Translations under genes and position numbers: made by a program | Shown: in pieces, positions 20,966-32,800 of the stretch | Layout of the letters: every line of letters begins with the position of its first letter | Position numbering within the stretch: the stretch's first letter is position 1 | Assembly (NCBI GenBank): GCA_009859145.1 | Contig: VRVR01000034.1 | Coordinates: 181,358-245,357, forward strand | Length of the DNA stretch: 64,000 nucleotides | Reading direction: 5' to 3' | From: Andalucia godoyi And28 | Lineage: Eukaryota > Protista > Jakobida | Notes under the pieces: generated by a model | What the model was told of the DNA's origin: nothing | Databases searched by the model: none | Seen by the model: only the letters and a program-made list of their open reading frames with translations

Positions 20966-23578
20966 CTATGGCCGGCTGGACATTATGTATCGGGACGTCC
21001 GCAGCGGCGACTGGTAATATGGCCCCGGTGCAATGGTGGAGAACGACGAGGTCGAGCCGGTTGATGAGCCAAGAGAAAGAGCTTGGTCCCGCTGCAGCCT
21101 CGACAACTGCTGCGTCAAAATGAGAATGTGATCCCGCTGACGACTCAATTCGCGATCGCGTTCTTCCAGTTTGTTTTCATAAAGTTCACGTTCCACTTGC
21201 AGCTCGGCTTCCATGCGCCCCCGCAACCTTCGCAAATCCGTGGACAGTCCCTGTATCTTTTCTTGCACCTGCCTATCTCGGACTGCCTTTTTTCTCGCCA
21301 CAGCATAATACAACTTTGCTGCTTCGTTCGGTGAGTCGTCAAACTCACCGCTGTCCATTGTGCGTTCAACGAAATGATCTCTCTCAGCACGCACACTCGC
21401 ATCCTTGTCAGCGCCGCCGCCGCCATCACCATCACCACCATCATCATCATCATCAAAGACGTCGGCATCCAGGACGACGTCGTCATTATCTCGAAATACC
21501 ACGTTATGTGACCGACGAGAAGGTGACACAGACTTGCGCGACGAGGACAAAGACGGAGCAGAATGCCTTGACCCACTGCCGACTGGCATCTTGGTGGGAG
21601 ACCGATTACGTGCCTGTTTTGCGCTTGTAGACAACTCGTGCTCTTTTTCGAAAACGAGCAACTGATGTTTCAAATTCGCATTCTCTTGAATGAGAGAAGC
21701 ATACTGCTTTTCTACCTCGGAAAGCCTCAAAACTTCAACATCCTTTTCTTGTAGCGCAGCCGACAAGACACGTAGGCGCTCCATGACATCCCTGAGCTCG
21801 TTCGACAAACTTGAAAGCTGCTCCGATTCTTTCCCTTTGTACTTCCTTTCAAGAATGACCAGTGCCTCTTCATGTTCACGCACCTCGGTATCGAGTTTCT
21901 GCTCGAGATTGTGTTTTTCACGGTGCAGCATCTGGATGACCACATCCTTTTCCTCATCGGTAACTTGCTTTGCAATTTTCCACTTCTTCGCTTCATCAGA
22001 GACCTGCTGAAACTGCTGTTTCAGTGTGTCTGCCTCTTTCCGCAGCTGCTCTCGTTCGCGCTCCCATTCTGACCGAGCATCACTCGCAGCCTTCTGTGAC
22101 ACTTTCAATGTGTCCTCCAACCCTTGTCGCAGAATCCGTTCTGCACTGCACTTGTCCTCAAGGTTAATTACCTTTTGTTCGGCGTCTTCGCATTGTTCCC
22201 GGCTCTTCTTCTCATCCTCAGAGAGCCGCATCAATGCATCGTACATCGAGTTCCTTTCTGTGCTTAAACGGGAAATCTCATCCGCGAGATCTGCGTCAGT
22301 TTTGTCTAATGCATATTGAGTCTCTCGACAAGCAGAAACCAACTGCGAATTCTGTGCTTCAAGCACCTTCAAAGCACCTTCTGCTGCTTGCTGCTTGTTC
22401 ATGGTTTCTTGCAGCTGGGACTTCAGCTGTCCAACTTCCCGTTCCGCATGATCTGCCCTCTCCCTCTCAGTCCTCGCAATTCTCGAACTTTCTTGCTTCT
22501 CCATTTCCAGTTCTTCGACGTGGGCCTCCAAATCATGCAACATTTCCGAAAGCGAGTTCACGCCCTCCGAAATAGCATGTGCGTCCGAAAGTTTCTTTTC
22601 CAAATCGTGGACTCGAGTTCGAAGCTCCTGCACCACCTGCTCCTGCGCTTGTGACCGTTCCTCCTTCCCTTTCATCTCTTCTATCAAGAAAGACTTCACG
22701 CTTTCGTGTGCTTTCGATATGTCTGCAACGATTGCCGAAGGATCCATAACCACAGACATTGGAATGGATGCAGCAAGTTGCTGTTGATGCGACTGCTGTC
22801 CAGTGACCGTCTGGCGCGGATCAACATGATTCGTTGCTGATGCAAAGCGTGCCTGCGGATGGTCAAACGATGAATTGCTATACTGGGGCATGTAGCTAAT
22901 CGCCTCGGAGACACTGCTGTTGTTGTCATGCTGGCGATGATGCAGATGCAGGCTGCTATGAGCATGACTATGATTACGGTTATGGGTACTCTGGTCATCG
23001 CTGTGTTCCTTCCTGCTTGCATCGCTACCATCAGAGATGCTGCTGCTGCTGGCATTAGCTCTGTTACGATGTGACGTGGTGGACAAGGACGAAGAAGATA
23101 GTGGAATTGGGCTCAGTTCACGATTCTTTGTTGGCGGTTTCGCTGAAGACGTGCGCCGCAATGCCGACGAAGCACGGAGAGGCGAAGGCACAGAACCCCC
23201 ATCACCACCAACGGCGGCAGCGGCAGCAGCAGCCACAGGAAACAGATTCCGTGACAAGTCATCGATAGATTTTTCAAGTCCTGAAAGGGAGTTCTGCAGA
23301 CCACCAACTGCGTGTTTCTTGATTGACGAAGATCGTGTCGACAAAGACGAATGAGAAGTTGCAGAAGTGGACAATGCCGATGTCGATGAATGACGTTTGG
23401 TATCCACGGGTATCCGAATTGTGACTGCTGGCGATGGCCGCTTCGAAGAGGATCGAGTGGAGGCCGAGGTTTGTGACCGATGGGACTGCACTGGAGCGGC
23501 TCCAACAGCATTTCGAACCGACAGTTTGTGGATCCGCCGAGTAAGAGTTTCCAACAACCGCTTTGTTTCAGGGTCCAT
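20966..23578 (-). CDS. Coiled-coil protein with Ser-rich N-terminus (start uncertain; ORF open to 23701)
   Basis: Long ORF with extended E/K/Q/L heptad-like segments. No family recognised. Confidence 0.8.
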   Translation of the reverse strand: MDPETKRLLETLTRRIHKLSVRNAVGAAPVQSHRSQTSASTRSSSKRPSPAVTIRIPVDTKRHSSTSALSTSATSHSSLSTRSSSIKKHAVGGLQNSLSGLEKSIDDLSRNLFPVAAAAAAAVGGDGGSVPSPLRASSALRRTSSAKPPTKNRELSPIPLSSSSLSTTSHRNRANASSSSISDGSDASRKEHSDDQSTHNRNHSHAHSSLHLHHRQHDNNSSVSEAISYMPQYSNSSFDHPQARFASATNHVDPRQTVTGQQSHQQQLAASIPMSVVMDPSAIVADISKAHESVKSFLIEEMKGKEERSQAQEQVVQELRTRVHDLEKKLSDAHAISEGVNSLSEMLHDLEAHVEELEMEKQESSRIARTERERADHAEREVGQLKSQLQETMNKQQAAEGALKVLEAQNSQLVSACRETQYALDKTDADLADEISRLSTERNSMYDALMRLSEDEKKSREQCEDAEQKVINLEDKCSAERILRQGLEDTLKVSQKAASDARSEWEREREQLRKEADTLKQQFQQVSDEAKKWKIAKQVTDEEKDVVIQMLHREKHNLEQKLDTEVREHEEALVILERKYKGKESEQLSSLSNELRDVMERLRVLSAALQEKDVEVLRLSEVEKQYASLIQENANLKHQLLVFEKEHELSTSAKQARNRSPTKMPVGSGSRHSAPSLSSSRKSVSPSRRSHNVVFRDNDDVVLDADVFDDDDDGGDGDGGGGADKDASVRAERDHFVERTMDSGEFDDSPNEAAKLYYAVARKKAVRDRQVQEKIQGLSTDLRRLRGRMEAELQVERELYENKLEERDRELSRQRDHILILTQQLSRLQRDQALSLGSSTGSTSSFSTIAPGPYYQSPLRTSRYIMSSRP

Positions 23579-24094
23579 AAATGTATATATTACTACCTCT
23601 TCGGAATAACGGTTTTTTGTTGGTTTTTTTGGTTGGTGCACATGCATGCAATTCCACCACACAGGGCTTCGTCTTCCGAACACGGACATTGCAGAAAGCA
23701 CCCGGTTCGTACCAGAATCGTGACTACCAGTACTAGTAGGTGCGGCCGTTGAAAGACATGAGCTACGAGCGTTTGCGTTCCTCTCCTGCAGTCAGGCAGG
23801 GCCAAGCGGCTGCACGGCGCAGGGTTGCTGGAAACAGTAGGAACATCAGAGCGCAGTGAAAATGAAAAAGGGACTGAAAACAGAGACGGGGATTTCGTGT
23901 GCAATGGAGACGCGCACAGACCGGCAAGAAGGACGTGGTGAAGCGCACGGACAACCAGAATGCAGGAAACCTAAAAATCAAGATATGATTTTCATATTTT
24001 CTTCTTCTTTAAAAACAAGACCAAAAATCAACAAAAAAAATTATATAAAATGAATGAAATAAAATAAAAATACAACAACAAGCAAAACAACTGA

Positions 24095-27040
24095 TTACAA
24101 TTGATTAAATGACCGGGACTGCGCAATAGCCGACGTTAAAACCTCTTGCACTGCGTTCTTTCGAATGGGTTTGATCAGCACCTTATCAGCACCGCAGCGT
24201 TCACCAGCACGGTAGGTATCCTCGGATTCGTCCCCGGTTAGGATAACGCAGAACGGAGAACGATGGCACTCCTGCATGCAAACATCTTTGATCTCGAGAA
24301 TAGCCTGGTCGCCTTGGACTTTTGGCATGTGCAAATCAGAGATGATCAGACACGGAACATTCTTATGGTGGGCCACAAAGTTCTGGATGTCCAAAACGAG
24401 AGCGTCTCCATCGTCGACAACATGCGTCACAACACGCAGATCGCTTGGAATCGTGCATGTCGAGACAAACTTCGCTACCAGTTTAGCAATCATTTCTTGA
24501 TCCTCCGCAATAAACACATGTACTTCTTTTCTGGACTCCTTTCCATCCAGCTCGTGCTTGCTTCCGAGGGAAACCGCCGGAGAATTGACAGACGAGCAGT
24601 CGGCAAAATTGTCGACCGATGAAGCGGAAGAGACAGCGCTGCTCGAGCTGCGATTGCCCGTTGCCGCAGGAGATATCTTTGCAACATCCTCCAGCACGTA
24701 ATCGCGAAGTTGTGCGTTCTTCTTTGGGAACGAGGCTTCCGTGGAAAGAGATGGCAAAGCTGGCGCCGCAAACGAGAGGCTGATCGGAGAATCCTGGTCC
24801 TCGCGGAGCATCCGTGGGCGAGACACAGACATCCGCCTGCCGAACCGGGCCAGAGAGGGGACACGTGGCGATTCTGGATCCGTGCTTCGCCTGCTTGAGA
24901 GCTGATCCATCGTCCAGGCATTCCTTGAAAAACCTCGCGACTCTTCCTGAGGGGATTTGCACTGCATGAAAGACGAACGATCAGTGCGATGCTTTCGACT
25001 GCTCATGTCATCCTCCGTTTGCGGAGATCTCAGGTTGTCGGCACTTCCCTCCATAGCATACTGTGCCGGGACGGAGTTCACCGAGATGGATGTCGACGAC
25101 GATCTCGAATGGGAGTAGCTGCGCGAAGATTCTCTCCTGAACTCCAGCATACTTCCGAAAGTGTCTGCGTCTGAACTGTACAAGAGCCCACCTTCATGCG
25201 TGCTGCTCAACTGAGGCGGCAGAGTGATTCGCGACCACCGTCTGCCAGTAGCAGGAGCAACTTTGCTCACTTCGTCGGATGCAACAACATCATGGGGTGG
25301 TTGAAACACGTTGCACGTGTCTTCTGGGACCATGCAAGGCATTGAAAAGGAGAATGTGGATCCCAGGCCAGCCTGGCTGTACGCTGCAACCGTCCCTCCC
25401 CACAAATGCACGAGACTTTTCACTAGGAACAGACCGACGCCAGCTCCGTTCAGTCCAATGTTTCGTTCCTTGTGAATTTGATAAAAAGGCTCAAAGACAT
25501 GTTGAAGGTTTTCCGACGATATACCGACTCCGCTGTCTTCCACAGATATCACGAATTCAAACGGCGTCGATCGCCCTGCGTTCAGAATCGGCGCCTCATT
25601 CTGCGTTTCGGGGCTTCGTCTTCGCAAGGAGACCCGAACCGTAACCGAGCCCGCGTCTGTGTAGCGAATGGCGTTGGAAAGCAGAGAGAACACCACTTCT
25701 TCAATCATTGCTTCGTCGACCAGCACTGGCGATGGCAGGGAATGCTCAACTTGGAACTCTAGTTTTAGACCCTTCTTTTCCGCAGTTGGTCTCGCTTCCT
25801 GAACAATCTGCCGAATGCATTCCGATAAATTACTCGGTCTCCAATGTAACTTCCATTCTCCTCTCTTCACTTTCGCAAAGGACAGGATGTTGTCGAGCAA
25901 TGAGTACAAGATAGCAGATGATGTTCGAAGATTTCCGACAAGACGTCTCTGTTCTCGTGTCATCTTCGTCTCCGACAAGCAATCAGACGACGCAAGCAGA
26001 GCAAACAGGGGATTTCGAATTTCATGCGACATTCGAGACCAGAGCGAATCTCGAGAATTCTTTGCTTCGTGCAGCATGATGATCATGTTTCGCGCAACAA
26101 CCAGGCTCGCAGTACGCAAGGACGCTAGCGTAAAGACGAAGAACACCGTAATTGCTGTTGTGTACATTGCTGTTGCTGGGAACGGGTACCGGAACTGCCA
26201 AGTGGGAGTTGTTCCAGACATCAGAATCGACGGTCCAATTTGGCCGAGCCCTCCTGAGAGAACAAGAAGCAGCAGGTACACGCAAATGCGGGTTCTGCGC
26301 AAGAGACAGAAATAAGGCGAGATGTACGCAAGGCAAATGGTGATGAGTTCCACTGGACAGCTGGATCTGCAGAAAAAGAGGAGCCCATGGGACAAGATGG
26401 TTAGTGCAAGATACGCATCCGCAATTTGTGGTGACTGGATGGTCTCCAGAACACCGGGCCGCGTTTGCCAGATGGCCACGCGGTCGAGGAATACAAAACT
26501 CGATGGCGTAGACTTTAGAAAGCGTTCGTCGCCATCAGAAAGGCCTCCGCTGTTTTTTCGCCGCGAATCAAGGACAAATCGGGGCCAAGAGGAGAAAACT
26601 TCCTTCATGGATTTAAAAGAGACGTCCCTTCCGATGGCCATTCTCGGCAAGTAAATCATGGTCCAAAGAAACAACAGCTGAATGCAGATCGTGGCCCACA
26701 TTGGAGTCCAAGCGTCTTGTATGATCCAGATCGTGAGGATCGCAACACCCAGAGATACCATTACTTCCGAAATGATCCCCAGTGAGTGCTGCTGCATCCT
26801 GAAGTGGATCCAGTCATTTGCTGTGAAGGGTGAAGATTGGCTGGAGTTCATGGCTGACCATGCCGAATTTGTGGACGGTGATGACGCAGAAGACAGCTTC
26901 CTCCTCATGGGCTTCGGGGGTATGCTTTGAAATGTGTGGTTTGGAGCGGAAGAAGAACGCTTCTGATGCTCGGCGGTTCGTAATATTGAAGCGGCAAATT
27001 CATTCGCAACACTCGACGCTGTCATGACCCGTGTACTCAT
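24095..27040 (-). CDS. Membrane hybrid histidine kinase (TM sensor region, HisKA, HATPase, receiver)
   Basis: H-box SHEIRNP, N-box SNAIRYT, G1 DSGVGI, F-box FEPFY, G2 GAGVGL. Receiver domain has AED, ISDLHMP and IKP. Confidence 0.93.
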   Translation of the reverse strand: MSTRVMTASSVANEFAASILRTAEHQKRSSSAPNHTFQSIPPKPMRRKLSSASSPSTNSAWSAMNSSQSSPFTANDWIHFRMQQHSLGIISEVMVSLGVAILTIWIIQDAWTPMWATICIQLLFLWTMIYLPRMAIGRDVSFKSMKEVFSSWPRFVLDSRRKNSGGLSDGDERFLKSTPSSFVFLDRVAIWQTRPGVLETIQSPQIADAYLALTILSHGLLFFCRSSCPVELITICLAYISPYFCLLRRTRICVYLLLLVLSGGLGQIGPSILMSGTTPTWQFRYPFPATAMYTTAITVFFVFTLASLRTASLVVARNMIIMLHEAKNSRDSLWSRMSHEIRNPLFALLASSDCLSETKMTREQRRLVGNLRTSSAILYSLLDNILSFAKVKRGEWKLHWRPSNLSECIRQIVQEARPTAEKKGLKLEFQVEHSLPSPVLVDEAMIEEVVFSLLSNAIRYTDAGSVTVRVSLRRRSPETQNEAPILNAGRSTPFEFVISVEDSGVGISSENLQHVFEPFYQIHKERNIGLNGAGVGLFLVKSLVHLWGGTVAAYSQAGLGSTFSFSMPCMVPEDTCNVFQPPHDVVASDEVSKVAPATGRRWSRITLPPQLSSTHEGGLLYSSDADTFGSMLEFRRESSRSYSHSRSSSTSISVNSVPAQYAMEGSADNLRSPQTEDDMSSRKHRTDRSSFMQCKSPQEESRGFSRNAWTMDQLSSRRSTDPESPRVPSLARFGRRMSVSRPRMLREDQDSPISLSFAAPALPSLSTEASFPKKNAQLRDYVLEDVAKISPAATGNRSSSSAVSSASSVDNFADCSSVNSPAVSLGSKHELDGKESRKEVHVFIAEDQEMIAKLVAKFVSTCTIPSDLRVVTHVVDDGDALVLDIQNFVAHHKNVPCLIISDLHMPKVQGDQAILEIKDVCMQECHRSPFCVILTGDESEDTYRAGERCGADKVLIKPIRKNAVQEVLTSAIAQSRSFNQL

Positions 27041-28064
27041 TGTGACTAAACTCGAGGTTTAAAAAAAGAATATGTCGTTGGTGGACAGTTGTTGCTCTGT
27101 GCTTTCGTTTGTTTGTTTTTGTAGCCAAACAAAGAACGAAACTGCACGCGTGCTGAGGCAACGGCACTAATTCTCCTCCTCCAAGCGCACGCATTTTCAT
27201 TTTTGCCAGTGACAGAATTCCTGATGGTACTTATTGTCGTCGACAAATGCGTTTCCACTTCCAGAGCAAGTCGACATTGAGACGGTCGGTCGAAGCAGAA
27301 CAGGATTCGCGCTCATACATACGCTTCGCAAAAACGCGACATTTCGTGCGCTTTTGGTGGGTACCTTTCGATGCCTGGCGACATGATCCTAGGTGCGGAG
27401 CCCTCCATATGCGTTCTTCAACTGAAGTGCTATACAAGGTGCACAAAACAACACACAGCGCAACGCTTCTGATCCGCCAATCCTACTCCCATAATAAGAA
27501 CCACAACATCCAAACCCCCGCACCGCTGTCGCAAAAGCGCACTCACCTCTCCTCCATCCGGACTCCATTTCAACAGTAGCAATATGCCCGCTAACTTGCA
27601 CGGTTCAATCACCGCCATCGCATTCGTGCGAGCAGACAGAACGGATGCTCTCCTCTGTCCTCATTCGTGCTGTTGTGCACCGCGCAAATAGAACCACACA
27701 GGAGGAAACAAAAAGCGCACCAATGGATGGTGGCGTGCAGCATTGATTGGTTGTTGAAAAAGAAAACACCCTCCTTCCTCTCCGGCCCCCTTGTTCTACC
27801 CCACCACACTATAGACCGGCCTCTGCGTTGCCAGCATTGAGCATTCAGAGCCGGCGCAGCCTTTGTTGTCATGTGCGCGGTTTTTCAAGACACACCACAA
27901 CGACGAATCGACTGTAAAAATGTGCGCTTCGCCTCTTCAATCCTCCTCTTCCTTTTTTTTCCCTTCAGTTTTTTATAAATAAATTGACATCTGGATATCT
28001 AAGCATTCCCCCTTGGTCTTGTGAAATTCGAGCTTGCGCGAGGAAGAAAAAAAGAAACAGATTC

Positions 28065-28925
28065 ATGGTTGTGGATTACGAAGGGGTGTTTCGCGGACGA
28101 TGTTCAAACTGCGCTCGGTGTTCGGAGTACCGGCTTGTCGCCGGAGCGACCCAACTTTGCACGTGTGGCCACGGACCGCGCGTCCATCGCATTGGCGATG
28201 CTGACGAGACGAGACCGGCGCCTGGCATGACTCCTACGACAGCTGCGTCTTCGTCTTCTTCTTCTTCTTCTTCTTCTTCGGTTGCCTCTACGTCTGGGTC
28301 TGCATCGCGTTTGGATGCCGAAGCGAATCTTGTCTACGGATCTGTGTTGCAGACTGTTGGAATCCGACCTCGGCAAAAAGGAAACTATATTTTGTCTGCC
28401 AAAGCAGGCAGCCTTGCGAATGTGGTCCGGTTCATGCTGACTCTTTCATTTCTTTTTCTTGTTGGCAGCATCATTATTTATGCCATATTTGGAGATTGCC
28501 AGCACAGGAAGTCGCAATCTCATTGCATTGCATATCTCTCGCCGATGATAATGTTTACCGTGATTTGCACGGTGACGTTCTTTCTCGCATTGAAGATGTC
28601 TGCGAAAATTGACCATAACGAAATCGTGTTTTCAGACTTTGACAGAATTGTCGTGGTCGTCAGGCGAAAGTTTCTCTTCTCCTCGCTTCGCAAAACCGAG
28701 CAATTTGAAATTCCATATTATGATGTATCCGGATTCTGCCTTGATCGAGATCCGACAATCCGAGTCAATGGACAGCCGTTTGGCCACATCTTTTTGGAAG
28801 CTCCTTTGCCTGTCGGAAAGGTACGTATTCTCTCAGCGCTCTATTCAAATGCCATCTCTGTCCATTCCGATCTCCATCGTTTCCTCGAAGCCCGAAAGCC
28901 CGAGTCTGCAGATCTCGTCCTTTAG
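28065..28925 (+). CDS. Hypothetical protein with N-terminal Cys/His cluster and two TM helices
   Basis: CxxCxxC-x12-CxCGHxPxxH after the ATG at 28065, then two hydrophobic helices and a beta-rich C-terminus. Confidence 0.75.
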   Translation: MVVDYEGVFRGRCSNCARCSEYRLVAGATQLCTCGHGPRVHRIGDADETRPAPGMTPTTAASSSSSSSSSSSVASTSGSASRLDAEANLVYGSVLQTVGIRPRQKGNYILSAKAGSLANVVRFMLTLSFLFLVGSIIIYAIFGDCQHRKSQSHCIAYLSPMIMFTVICTVTFFLALKMSAKIDHNEIVFSDFDRIVVVVRRKFLFSSLRKTEQFEIPYYDVSGFCLDRDPTIRVNGQPFGHIFLEAPLPVGKVRILSALYSNAISVHSDLHRFLEARKPESADLVL

Positions 28926-29818
28926 ATGCGATTCACGCCGTATCACCCCCAAATGTACCTTGCAGATCCGCATTTTGCGGCGGGACGGCGCTTTCCTGCT
29001 GCGTACGGCGGACCAGACCATTAAGTTGTAATTCTTCCCCTCCTGGTGTGCCCCGTTGACTATTCCTTGTGCAGCGCCGGCCTCCACAACCGTCGGTACT
29101 GCTGCTGCCTGCTGGGTGATGGTTGGAGTGCGGTGCACGAACGCCAGAATCCTTTCGGCACCAGAGTCGACAATAAATAAAGGAACACCCCCAGGGGCGC
29201 AGGCGTGTCCCCCCCCCTGAGGACAAAACATCGTTCCCCACGCAAGCGCTTGACTGGACTGCTCACACAAGAGATGTCCAATTCCTTCACCGCTGCCGAA
29301 ACTGTCGCGAATCGCTGTGAAATGATTGATGAGTACTGAACGGATTGCCGTTCCGGGCTACGCATCCATAGTCCAAGAGATTTCAGGTCTGCTCGTGCGT
29401 CCGGCTCTCCGTCCAATCAAAGAGTCGCTCCAGACAACCGATATCTGTTGTAAGCTCAACCAACCCCAAACTTGGCAGAAGACCGACCTTTCCTTCTCTT
29501 TCAACAATCACGGTAAAAATCTCGTTTGCGTACCCTTTTGCAACGCCAATCATCTTTCCAATTTGTTTTTAGTATACGTACATACATTGTCGAGCTTCCT
29601 CTGAGGCGACAACTCGCGGTATCCACGTGGATCTGAGCCTACATCCACGCTTTATTTATCGGCGGTCTGCCGACATTTACTCTCACTTCTTTCCCACCCC
29701 CTCCCTTCTTTCCCTTCCTTCCAACACATTCTCAGCTATACTCCTCTTCTTCTTCCTCCTCCTCCTCCGATTTACATGTATGTACTGCAAGTTGTTTGTT
29801 TCTTGATGCAACTCCATA

Positions 29819-32800
29819 ATGTCAGCTTTTGATTTCGTTACCGGTGCGCCGATTCCGAGACCACCGCGAACTGGTGTCCATTTAGTATTTATCAATCCCC
29901 CGCCTTCTCATAATAATGTCCCTCCAAGAGAGCATGAGCCGTTATATGCTGCCAACATGAGACCGCCCATGAGCACAGTACTTTCGCACTCGGCAACGTC
30001 AGTGGTTCCGCTGTCTTCGCTTGGAATGGCTGGAAATTCAAGTATGCAGGATCTCAATGCTGCAAAAGCAGGGCTGTACCATTCGCGCTCGACAAGCTCC
30101 CTTTCTTCGTTTGTGGCAGGTTCCCAAAACGCCACGGCGACATCGTCATCATCCCACGGAGCGAATTCTGCCGCCGCCGCGGCAGTGAATCAGAGCTCCA
30201 AAGCCCGAGAAATTTCATTCACAGGCGATATGGTGTTTGAGGTTCCCAGTGGGCCGCAAGTTGTGCAGCCCGGTTACTCCTACTATGCTTCACGGCTGAC
30301 ACCGTTTTACTCCCCGATGGATCTGCAAGACCGGACGCTGATTTTTGAGTCCCGATTCGAATCTGGGAACCTTATGCGCGCAGTCAAGGTCTCTCCTTTG
30401 GAATACAATCTGGAGATGCGGCCAGATTATGGTACCGTGAACTGCACACAGTGGTTTTACTTTTGTGTGCGAAATACAACTGCCGGAATGCGAGTCCGGA
30501 TGAATATCATCAATTTTCAGAAGCGTGCATCCCTCTTCACTCAAGGACAGCGGGTTTTGGTGTATTCCGATGCAGAGGCTGCGAAAAAGGGGTATGGATG
30601 GCACCGGGCCGGTGAGAACATATCTTATTTTCAGACTCCGGGCACAAAACGGTCGGACCAGAAACAAACGCTGTCTTTCACATATGTGTTTCAACACTCA
30701 CAGGACGTTGTCTACTTTGCATTTTCGTATCCCTACACGTATACCGATCTGCAGACGTTTCTGGACAAGCTCGAGCAGTTTCGATTTGTTCGAAGGAAAA
30801 TTTTGTGCAAAACCATTGCGGGAAACAACGTCGACGTGCTTACCATTTCATCGTTTGAGGATCGAAATATGAACGAGAAGAAGGGCGTCGTCATCACTGC
30901 CCGTGTTCATCCAGGGGAGACAATATCCAGTTTCATGGCACACGGAATGATTCAGTATCTCATATCGTCGGATCCAGTTGCCAAGTCCTTGCGTTCTTTG
31001 TATGTTTTCAAGATTGTTCCCATGCTGAACCCCGATGGGGTTGTGTGCGGAAACACTCGGTGCAACATTCTAGGATATGATCTCAACAGACAGTATTCTC
31101 AGCCGCGAAAGCGGCTGGCCACTACGTGTCCGACTGTTGCTGCTCTCAAGGACTTGATTGCTCAGTTTCAGACAGAGCGTGAAGTGGTCATGTACTGCGA
31201 TTTGCATGGTCATTCCCGCAAGCTCAATACGTTCATTTACGGATGCGACAATGATCCAAACTCGTCCATTCATTTCCACGAGCGAGTTTTCCCTCGAATT
31301 TTGGCAGATGTCAGCGACCTATTTTCATTTGAATCTTCTTCTTTTGTTGTGCAAAAATCAAAAGAGTCGTGCGCACGTGTTGTGATTCGGAGGAAACGCC
31401 ATATCGTAGCGTCTTACACTCTAGAAGGTTCTCTTTGTGGTTCGTCGCAGGGAGCCTGTGCCAATTGCCATTATTCGGTGAGCGAAATGGTTCGTTCTGG
31501 TCGCGACTTTTGCCGCGCGTTGTACATATTTGCAAGTCCAGAGAAGCGAGCGGAGTATCTACAGAGAGTGAAGGAGGACATTGCTGCAAATCCAAGTTTG
31601 AACTTGACAGATGCCATCGGATCTGATGACGATGAGGAGCCGCCTCCACCACCTTCTGCCGAAAAGGAGTCTGGAACGAAGCCGACCCTTTTGGATGCAA
31701 ACAAGAAGTCAAAAGCAAAGGAAAAGCCCAAGAAGAAGCGCACATCATCCTTCAACTTGGCACCGCAGTCTCCAGTTTCTTCTTCTTCTTTCTCAGCTTT
31801 TCCTCCTCTCGCGTCCATTGCACCCGTTCCTCCTGCCGTGGCGGAAGAGGCTCCGCTGGTCTCATCACCTCTCCCGACTTTACTGTCTCCAACGGGAGCG
31901 GATTCTCGGATGGACGCCAAATCTGAGGCATCCGAGGACCAAGAGGGAGGTGCAACGGAGTCGGAGTCGGAGTCTGCGGAACTTCCGGTCGAGTCCGAGT
32001 CTAATTCAGGTGCTGCGGATCGCATGTATCTTGACGATGGTGGCGCTGATGCAGATTCCGAGTCAGATGAGCAGGGTATGCAGCGGCAGCAGTCCGATGG
32101 TACTCTGCACGCTGAGGATTTCGACGAAGAAGTAGAGAACGACTTGTTGTCTGCCGAAGATGTTCGTGAAGGCGATGTTGTTGCGGATGCGAATGATGAG
32201 TGGTATGCTGAGGATCAAGCTGTCCTTGCAATTGGACCAATTGCAGGTGACGAGGAAGCATTGCCGTCTCGTGCCTCGTTGGATGAGGCGTTTCTCGAAG
32301 AAATGAGTGCTGCATCCATGTCTGTGGATGTCGAAGGACCCGATTCGATGATTGCTGCAAGTCCTCTGTCCAGCGCTGCTGCAATTCCGACTCGATCGAC
32401 GCAGTGGCACACCTCTAGATTGCATGAGACTGGGCCCCTTCCGATGCAAGATGTTCGAAAGCGCACAAGTTTAGCGTTGCCAAGATCGATGGGATTTTCC
32501 GTACCAAAGCCACCGCCACTTGCACTCCCCGGCCAACATCATAATGCGTCATTACCGAACTCTCCGGGAGGCGCTCAGGCGAACTCGGGAGCACTGACAG
32601 CGGAACCGTCTCCATTTTCTTTCGCTTCTCAGTCACCAACCGCGAGCCCCGTTGTTCCAACTGCCATTCCGGCAACCATTCCGGCTTCGACATCGCACAA
32701 TCATCTTGTGTCGTTATCCAGTTTGGTGACGAGTCCCAGCGGAGTGGTGGTCGGATCTTCGATCAAATCACCGTCGAAATCATCGGTCTCTCCTATAAGT

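Noticed and set aside
28930-29640. Overlapping minus-strand ORFs (141, 118 and 56 aa)
   Set aside because: I could not join them with canonical introns or recognise a product.
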